From the NCBI GenBank assembly GCA_024710765.1, contig JANJUE010000123.1:17005-81004 (forward strand): DNA of 64,000 nucleotides. The letters run 5' to 3'. Below, piece after piece: positions 59,998-64,000 of this stretch. Source of the DNA: Pseudoxanthomonas sp. (GTDB taxonomy: Bacteria; Pseudomonadota; Gammaproteobacteria; Xanthomonadales; Xanthomonadaceae). The notes beneath the pieces were generated by a model, which was given only the letters and a program-made list of their open reading frames with translations, was not told where the DNA came from and did no database searches. Made by a program: the position numbers and the translations under genes. How positions within the stretch are numbered: the first letter of the stretch is position 1; each line of letters opens with the position of its first letter.

Positions 59998-60730
59998 ACA
60001 GCGAACGGCCGCCGTCGATGGCGACCACCTGTCCGGTGATGTAACCGTTGCCGCCCAACAGCCAGCGCACCGCCGAGACGATGTCGTCCGGCGCGCCCTG
60101 TCGCTTCAGCGCGGTACGCGCGTGCACCAGCTCCAGCGTTTCGGCCTTGACCGGATTTTCCGACCACAACACGTTGCCCGGTGCGACCGCGTTTACCCGT
60201 ACTTCCGGCCCCAGTTCACGCGCCAGTGATTTGGTCATCATCACCAGCGCGGCCTTGGCCATGCAGTAGACGGTGTGTCCGCCCAGCGGGCGCTCGGCAT
60301 AGATGTCGGCGATGCTGACGATCGCGCCGTGGCTGGCCTTCAGGTGTGGTGCCGCTGCCTGCGACAGGAAGAACGGCGCGCGCGCATTGGAAGCGAACAG
60401 CTCGTCCCACTGCTGCGGCGTGGCCTGGCCGATCGGAGTGGCGTAGTAGGCGGACGCGTTGTTGACCAGCGCATCCAGCCGGCCGAAATGGCCGACCGCG
60501 CGCGCGACCAGCTCCGGCAGCCGATCGAATTCGGCCAGATCCGCATGCAGGGTCAGCACGCTGCCCGGCCGCGCGGCGTCCAGTTCGCTGGCCAGTGCCT
60601 GCATGGCTTCGCCGGAATGGCGGTAATGCAGGGCCAGGTCGTAGCCGTCGGCATGCAGACCGCGCGCGATGGCCGCGCCCACCCGTTTGGCGCTGCCGGT
60701 GATCAGGGCGACTTTGCGTTGCGTGTCCAT
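59990..60730 (-). CDS. Pteridine reductase (SDR, PTR1/FolM-like)
   Basis: ALITGSAKRVGAAIARGLHADGYDLALHYRHS resembles the PTR1 cofactor motif. YxxxK (YCMAKAAL). The 3' end overlaps the folK-like gene by 8 bp (convergent). Confidence 0.8.
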   Translation of the reverse strand: MDTQRKVALITGSAKRVGAAIARGLHADGYDLALHYRHSGEAMQALASELDAARPGSVLTLHADLAEFDRLPELVARAVGHFGRLDALVNNASAYYATPIGQATPQQWDELFASNARAPFFLSQAAAPHLKASHGAIVSIADIYAERPLGGHTVYCMAKAALVMMTKSLARELGPEVRVNAVAPGNVLWSENPVKAETLELVHARTALKRQGAPDDIVSAVRWLLGGNGYITGQVVAIDGGRSLFI

Positions 60731-60834
60731 GCCGGGCTCCGGGGCGAATCGTCTGCCGGCATTGTGCCGCGTCCGTGCGGAACGCGCGCGTACAATGCCG
60801 TTCCATCCCGCTGCACCGCCTTCCAGGAACCGCC

Positions 60835-62019
60835 ATGCGCAGTGAACTGCCTCTTCCCGATGCCGACGCGCTGGCGCACAGCCAGCGCCTGGCTGCGCTG
60901 CTGCGCGAGGAAATCCGCGCCAATGGCGGCTTCCTGCCGTTCTCGCGCTTCATGGAGCGCTGCCTCTATGCGCCCGGCCTGGGTTACTACAGCGCCGGCA
61001 GCGCCAAGTTCGGCGAAGCCGGTGATTTCGTCACCGCGCCCGAGCTCGGCCCGCTGTTCGCCGCCTGCGTCGCCAGCGCGGTCGCCCCGGTGCTGCAGGA
61101 ACTGGGGCCGGAGGCCGAGTTCCTCGAACTGGGCGGCGGCAGTGGTGCCTTCGCCGAAGTGATGCTCAAGCGATTGCTGGAACTGGACGCGCTGCCGGCG
61201 CGCTACGCCATCCTCGAACCCAGTGCCGACCTGCGCGAGCGCCAGCGCGAGCGGCTGGCGCAGCGCCTGATTCCTCCGGTGTTCGCGCTGGTCGAATGGC
61301 TGGATGGGCCGCCGGGTGAAAGCTGGAACGGCGTGCTGTTCGCCAACGAGGTAATCGACGCGCTGCCGACGCCGCGTTTCACCCTGCGCGATGGCGAGGT
61401 GTTCGAGGAATACGTGGCGCTGGACGAGGCGGACCGGTTCGTGCGCACCGATCGGCCGGCCGACGCGCTGCTGGCGGCGGCGGTCCGCCACGTGGAGCGT
61501 TACCTGGAACAACCTTTCCCCGATGGCTACCGCTCCGAACTGCTGCCGCAGCTGCCGTACTGGATCCAGGCGGTGATGGGCGGCCTGCGTTCCGGCGCGA
61601 TGCTGTTCGTCGACTACGGCTATCCGCGCCGCGAGTACTACCTGCCGGATCGCGACGAGGGCACGCTGCGCGCGTTCTATCGCCAGCAGGTGCATGCCGA
61701 TCCCTACCTGTGGCCGGGCTTGCAGGATCTGACCGCCTCGGTGGACTTCACCGCGCTGGCCGAGGCCGGCACCCAGGCCGGTTTCGAACTGGCCGGCTAC
61801 AGCGACCAGGCCAGCTTCCTGCTCGGCAACGGCCTGCCCGAACGCCTGCAGGAAATCGAGGAAAGGGCCGACGAGGCCGCCAAACTGCGTTTCCGCAACG
61901 AGGTAAAGAAATTGACCCTGCCCAGCGAGATGGGCGAGCGGTTCCAGGTGATGGGATTCGCGCGCGACGTCGAGTTCGGGCCGGCCTTCCTCGCCAACGA
62001 CCTGACCTGGCGCCTGTGA
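60835..62019 (+). CDS. Class I SAM-dependent methyltransferase, DUF185 / NDUFAF7 (MidA) family
   Basis: FSRFMERCLYAPGLGYYS...FGEAGDFVTAPE is the DUF185 signature. Start at the internal ATG at 60835. Confidence 0.82.
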   Translation: MRSELPLPDADALAHSQRLAALLREEIRANGGFLPFSRFMERCLYAPGLGYYSAGSAKFGEAGDFVTAPELGPLFAACVASAVAPVLQELGPEAEFLELGGGSGAFAEVMLKRLLELDALPARYAILEPSADLRERQRERLAQRLIPPVFALVEWLDGPPGESWNGVLFANEVIDALPTPRFTLRDGEVFEEYVALDEADRFVRTDRPADALLAAAVRHVERYLEQPFPDGYRSELLPQLPYWIQAVMGGLRSGAMLFVDYGYPRREYYLPDRDEGTLRAFYRQQVHADPYLWPGLQDLTASVDFTALAEAGTQAGFELAGYSDQASFLLGNGLPERLQEIEERADEAAKLRFRNEVKKLTLPSEMGERFQVMGFARDVEFGPAFLANDLTWRL

Positions 62020-62020
62020 G

Positions 62021-62422
62021 ATGAGCCTGCTGAAACCGTTACGCCACCCCCGACTCTGGTTGTGCCTGTGGCTGCTGGCCATCGCGACGGTGGTGGCGCT
62101 GTCGCTGGGGCCGCCGCCGCCGTTCCCGGACATGCCCTCGGGGACCGACAAGCTGGAGCATGGCCTGGCCTACTTCCTGCTGGCGGCCGGAGCAGTGCAA
62201 TTGTTCCGCAGCCGCGGCGGCTGGATGGTCGCCGGGCTTGCGCTGGTGCTGGTGGGCATCGGCGTCGAGTTCGCCCAGGGCGCCTACACCAGCGATCGCA
62301 TGCGCGATCCGTTCGACGCGATCGCCAATACCGTCGGCGTACTGCTGGGCCTGTCCACCGTGCTGACGCCGATGCGGGATCTGTTGCTGCGGTTGGAGCG
62401 GCGGGTGCGCAAGCCGGCTTGA
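62021..62422 (+). CDS. VanZ-family membrane protein
   Basis: 133 aa with four TM segments and a GTDKLEHGLAYFLL motif. Confidence 0.7.
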   Translation: MSLLKPLRHPRLWLCLWLLAIATVVALSLGPPPPFPDMPSGTDKLEHGLAYFLLAAGAVQLFRSRGGWMVAGLALVLVGIGVEFAQGAYTSDRMRDPFDAIANTVGVLLGLSTVLTPMRDLLLRLERRVRKPA

Positions 62423-62440
62423 AGCGCCGTTGCCACGGCT

Positions 62441-62475
62441 GAAAAAAATCCCCCGCCCGCGAGCGGACGAGGGAT
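62441..62475 (-). terminator. Imperfect stem-loop plus T7 tract downstream of the GH20 gene
   Basis: On the minus strand, the imperfect hairpin at 62450-62473 is followed by TTTTTTT (complement of 62442-62448). Confidence 0.5.
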
Positions 62476-62526
62476 GTCGCGAGGGATGGAGGGCTCCCTC
62501 GCTGGACGGGGTGGAACCTGTCTCCG

Positions 62527-64000
62527 TCAGCGCGGCACCAGCCGCACCTCATCCAGCACCCACATCTCCGGGCGCGTATCGCCGGTGAACACCAGGCACA
62601 GGTCCTGCTGGCCGGTCAGCTTGTCGGGCAGCGCGGCCTCCAGGGTCACGAAGCCGTCGGCATCGGGCCTGGCGGGCAGCGGTACCGTGGCGAACGGTTC
62701 GGCCTTGCAGCTGCCGGCGCGGACCAGCAGTTCACCGTGCGCGGAGCGCGCCGGTTCGAACTTGCGGTTGACCTCGTCGTGCGCCAGCTGGAAGTAGTAG
62801 GGGATACGCCCGGCGCGCACCTGCAGTTTCGCGATGCCGGCCAGATCCGCCTGCGGCCACTGCCAGCACGGGTTGAAGATGGTGACGTTGAACATGGCGC
62901 GGTCGCCATCACGCGGGCCGTCATCCTCCAGCCGCAGCAGCAGGCGGCCACCTTCCGGGCAACTGGCCAGCGCATCGCTGGTCCGGCGCAGCAGCCAGTC
63001 GCGATCCACGAGCTGTCCGGTGGCATCGGCCAGCGGTTTGCCGTCGAAAAAGGCGGCGGCGCGTACCTGCGCCGGCGGCGTCACCGTGAACGGCTTCGCG
63101 TAACGGGTCGAGCTCGGGACGGGCGCGCTGCCATCGACGGTGTAGCGGATGTCGTATCCAAGCGGATTCGCCAGCGTGATCTGCGCCTTGCCGGCCGCGC
63201 GCTGTTCCTGCGCGGTGACCACCACTTCGAAAGGCGTCTTCGCATAGGCGATGCCGAGCGCCTGGTAGCGCCGCAACTGCGTTGGCAGGCGCTTCAGGAA
63301 ATCGGCGTAGTCCTTGCGGGCCACGGGCGTCCAGCCCACCTCGGCCAGCGCCGCCAGGCGCGGATACAGATGGTGCTGCAGGCGCGCGTAGTAGCGCGTG
63401 TGCTCGGTCCACACATTGGCTTGCAGGCCGAGGATGTGATGGCGCAGCGCGGGCGCGAGCGCTTCGGGCACCGGTTCGAAACCGTAGACCTTCTCCAGCG
63501 GCACCTGGGTCGGCCGGCCCGGCGGCTCGTTCGGCGACGTGGTCTGGTGGTAGTCCAGGTACAGGTGCGACTTGGGCGTCATCACCACGTCGTGGCCCTG
63601 CGTGGCGGCTTCCAGCCCGCCCTCGGTGCCACGCCAGGACATCACCGTGGCTTCCGGCGGCAATCCGCCCTCGAGGATTTCGTCCCAGCCGATCAGGCGG
63701 CGATCATGCGCTTCGAGGAACTTTTCCAGCCGCTTGATGATGTGGCTCTGCATCTCGAACTCGTTCTTCAGGCCGAGTTCGCGGATGCGCGCCTGCGCGC
63801 GCGCGGAATCCTCCCACTGGATTTTCACCGCCTCGTCGGCGCCGACGTGCACATAGCGTCCCGGGAACAGCGCGATGACCTCGGTCAGCACGTCCTCCAG
63901 GAACTTCATCGTGCTTTCCTCCGTGTTGAACAGATAGCTGTGCACGCCCCACTGATTGGAGACCGGCGGCCTGCTGCCCAGCACGCCCAGCTCCGGATAG
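62527..64000 (-). CDS. GH20 beta-N-acetylhexosaminidase, 5'-truncated by the window edge
   Basis: Catalytic-domain motifs YVHVGADE and LIGWDEIL. Chitobiase C-terminal-like segment YTVDGSAP, then a further beta-rich C-terminal domain. The reading frame stays open past 63984 to the window end. Confidence 0.85.
   Translation of the reverse strand, partial: YPELGVLGSRPPVSNQWGVHSYLFNTEESTMKFLEDVLTEVIALFPGRYVHVGADEAVKIQWEDSARAQARIRELGLKNEFEMQSHIIKRLEKFLEAHDRRLIGWDEILEGGLPPEATVMSWRGTEGGLEAATQGHDVVMTPKSHLYLDYHQTTSPNEPPGRPTQVPLEKVYGFEPVPEALAPALRHHILGLQANVWTEHTRYYARLQHHLYPRLAALAEVGWTPVARKDYADFLKRLPTQLRRYQALGIAYAKTPFEVVVTAQEQRAAGKAQITLANPLGYDIRYTVDGSAPVPSSTRYAKPFTVTPPAQVRAAAFFDGKPLADATGQLVDRDWLLRRTSDALASCPEGGRLLLRLEDDGPRDGDRAMFNVTIFNPCWQWPQADLAGIAKLQVRAGRIPYYFQLAHDEVNRKFEPARSAHGELLVRAGSCKAEPFATVPLPARPDADGFVTLEAALPDKLTGQQDLCLVFTGDTRPEMWVLDEVRLVPR

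Overview
This is a high-GC (roughly 68-70% by eye), densely packed chromosomal segment. Its gene content and intergenic repeat families (GTAGGAGCGAC-type palindromes, GGATTCG repeats) look like Xanthomonadaceae/Lysobacteraceae. I support about 58 protein-coding genes plus a few terminators, promoters and repeats. I saw no rRNA, tRNA, CRISPR array, transposase, integrase or phage genes.

Main blocks:
- The oleA-oleB / oleC-oleD long-chain olefin cluster, split by an antisense ykgJ-like gene.
- ubiJ-ubiB.
- A QseBC/PmrAB-like two-component system next to a GNAT plus NAPE-PLD-like lipoprotein operon.
- Several exported peptidases: two single-chain M16, M28, S9, S41 CtpA, EnvC and a rhomboid.
- gpmI-envC-ctpA, fadL, two tandem GGDEF paralogs and putA.
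- A complete aa3 cytochrome c oxidase structural and assembly cluster: DUF2244, coxB, coxA, a small ORF, ctaG, coxC, DUF2909, surf1, an SCO-like gene, ctaA, cyoE.
- An expanded rpsU...dnaG operon.
- tsaD, then a folB / MscS / degenerate folK-like / pteridine reductase group.
- A DUF185 methyltransferase, vanZ and a truncated GH20 hexosaminidase at the window edge.

The window looks like core chromosome. I cannot point to a defence island or mobile element. The candidates most worth follow-up are:
1. A 17-nt PmrA-box-like direct repeat present twice, bracketing the two-component system and the GNAT/NAPE-PLD-like operon.
2. The translationally coupled folB-mscS-folK-like arrangement, with a catalytically degenerate HPPK homolog.
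3. Two unclassified exported repeat proteins: one with three TonB-box-like repeats, one a secreted 18-residue-period beta-helix.
4. An SCO-like CxxxC protein inside the cox assembly cluster.

The ORF track translates alternative start codons as M, so several starts were re-chosen at internal ATGs with Shine-Dalgarno support. Start coordinates are less certain than stops.
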